Of a stretch of 64,000 bases of DNA, positions 61,641 through 64,000 are shown in pieces (positions within the stretch are counted from its first letter, which is position 1; the number at the start of each line of letters is the position of its first letter). The stretch comes from Blasia pusilla (taxonomy: Eukaryota). A model generated the notes under the pieces. It had not been told where the DNA came from and made no database searches. It worked only from the letters and a program-made list of their open reading frames with translations. Location of the stretch: positions 47,120,001 through 47,184,000 of the forward strand of contig CM114271.1 in assembly GCA_050084515.1 (NCBI GenBank), written 5' to 3'. Both the position numbers and the translations under genes were made by a program.

Positions 61641-64000
61641 ATTTTCTTCCACTTTGCCTGAACGAACTTGCAGTTCTCCTTCAAGCATGTCTTCATGAGG
61701 TACCTACAAAAGGGGTCGCGGTGCCAAGGCATCACCTTAGCAACCCTCAATTGGACAACTTCCATTGTATAAGCATGAGACGAATCCCATCAATATTAAT
61801 GATGCTCATTCCGCCAGGCAGCCCTAGCATGGAGATCAACCACCACCATAGGTTAATATTGCAATTTTATCTTTGATCATTTCCCCCTAATCTCTCTTTC
61901 CTGAGAGCTTATTTGCAAGTTCCCTCAATCTACATGGACTTTGCCAATATGATCTTGTCAAAATTTCAAGCTCAGTCCAACGAGTTCAAACCTCACTTCA
62001 TTTTCCCTACTGATTATCAGGTCAAGTACATTGACAACTTAGGTATGGTTCCAGCCTTTTGGGAATAGGGAGTTACAAGACGGAAAATTCAAACCCTTAT
62101 TAGCCCAGGTTAAATTTGGGACGCTAAGTTCGGTGGGCTCAACAAGGATGCCCAAGCTTCATGTGCATTTTTCAGCTTTTGCAGTCATTGTACATTATTT
62201 AGCATTTTTTGCATCCTACTTCTTACTTACATTTTGAAGTCATTGTACACCAGACATCCAGAAGGAGGTTCTCAAGTCCAAGAATCTTGATTTCAAAGAG
62301 ACTTCATTGATACAGAAGGATGCGTCTAGGATGTTCAACCTTGTGTCCGACGGCATTAGGCTTGATCAACTGCGTGTCTTAAGACACCAGATGCAGTTAC
62401 CACTCTCCATGTTGCTAGATTTAACTTCATCTAAATCAACTCATCTAATAGATCGCATGAAGTCAACACAAGATGTTGGCCAACAACCAGAATTTGATCC
62501 TCTCCCCATTGATGTTGACAATGCTAGCCATTTCCCTACTCTGCATGATTTCGATGATGTCCAGTGCTGCCATCTGATACTACAATTCATCCTACACCAT
62601 CTGGTGAACAGGTTGTCCATAATCTTACTGCTGTTAAACCAAACACAGATGTTGTTGATTTTGTTTCTACTCTATACTCTCCAAGCAAGAGGAAATGCAC
62701 ATGATCAAACAATGCATGGTATGTACAATTTCGCATTGTCATTTCTTATAATCATCTATGGATTTTTTTTTTCTATCTTGATCGCCACAACTCCTATTGA
62801 CTCTAATTTCTGCTTACTTTGCAAATCCACCTTCTGCCACAAACTCACCAAGCCCTCCTCTATCCCTTTAATTTTCATCTACCCCACAAGTTTTTCCGGC
62901 ATTTATGCACTCAATTATCTCCATTGCAACTATGAGATTTGATCCAAATTTTGTATTTGGATCTATTATCTACAATATAACTTCTTTCTGCCATATTTCT
63001 ATGCATTAATCTATTTGATCTCTTGATTTTTTGCTTACTCTGTTCACATGTGTATTGTTCTATTCATTAACTCCTATGGTGATTTTATTGACCTTTTTGC
63101 ATGTTGCCTTGTCTCTCCAACCAATTGGCTTCTGGATTTTTATTCTAGGTGAATCTTATTGCAATTCTCTTGTTATGATGAATTTTATGTTCATGCCAAT
63201 ATGCATTTCAGGCTACTCTTTATTCTTGAACCTTCATGAGTATTGCTTTCTTTCCTTCATTCTTATTTTTTTCCTGAGTTTTTCAATTCTTACTCGCTGA
63301 TCAATACTCTACCCAATTCTGAAATTTTGATGTAGGCTTGGGCAAATATTCACGATCCTCATTCAAATACTCAAACATACATTGGAGATGGTACCAGATG
63401 GGATCACCCCCTGCAAGATTCCCACGACGTGACTATGACTACATTCGTTCAACCTTACATAAGGCCGAAGAGTGCTCAATACATCTATCAACAGAAATTG
63501 TTGTACTCACAAATGTCCTACAACTTGAACAAGATGCCAATAAAGCACATATGGCTAAGTTGAACAATTTGAAAAAGCAACTAGTCGCTGCTAGGTCTTA
63601 GTTCAGAGACTTCTTAGATAGTGTTAAGGTCTATATTAAGAATGATCCCAAGCTTGATGTTCATGCATCTATCATTCAGTCACTTCTCCGATCTTAGTGT
63701 ATTTCAGCATCTGCTTCACCATTTTCCAAAGGCTGCCATTTGAGGATTTTTGGGGTTTGCTATTAACCAACCCCCTCTCCATACCAGAATTGCTTCTTTT
63801 CTAGTTCTCTTTCATTTCAAGCATGATAATGGCTTTTCTTGTATATCGAATATTGTCCTGCAAACAAAGTGTTTCTCCTCCGTCTATCTCCAATGCAATG
63901 TATATTGATGGCAACGCTCAATTAGCTGCTAACTTACTCTCTTATGAAACACAACGTACATCCAACCGTAGTCTTCCCAAGCAGTGGCTCTTATCATCAG

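Noticed and set aside
62307-63601. ORFs with hydrophobic stretches downstream of the Helitron
   Set aside because: Hydrophobicity follows T-rich intron-like composition; no recognisable domain.

Overview
Eukaryotic, plant-type genomic DNA (GT-AG introns, plant golgin and prolyl-4-hydroxylase sequence; probably a seed-free land plant or other streptophyte, species not determinable). The window is mostly decayed transposons around two host genes: an intronless golgin-84/GC2-like CDS and a calcineurin-B-like EF-hand gene. The main result is three degenerate copies (11539-21342, 36239-58447, 47269-57046) of one unusual Ty3/Gypsy-type retrotransposon family. Its polyprotein order is Gag(CCHC)-protease-C5 DNA methyltransferase-RT-RNase H-DDE integrase-PHD finger. 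Its termini are not ordinary LTRs but split direct repeats (5'-B..ORFs..A-B-A-3') with an internal palindromic end-to-end junction (consensus GACA-GC-TGTC), no visible tRNA primer site and, in one copy, a 4-bp TSD. One copy hosts a captured intron-containing P4H gene fragment, a truncated Ty1/Copia element and another family member, and appears to sit inside a Helitron-type element. Also present: a canonical Helitron RepHel pseudogene, a 169-bp mini-Helitron, and several tandem repeats and hairpins. Coordinates were read by eye and may be off by a few bases.
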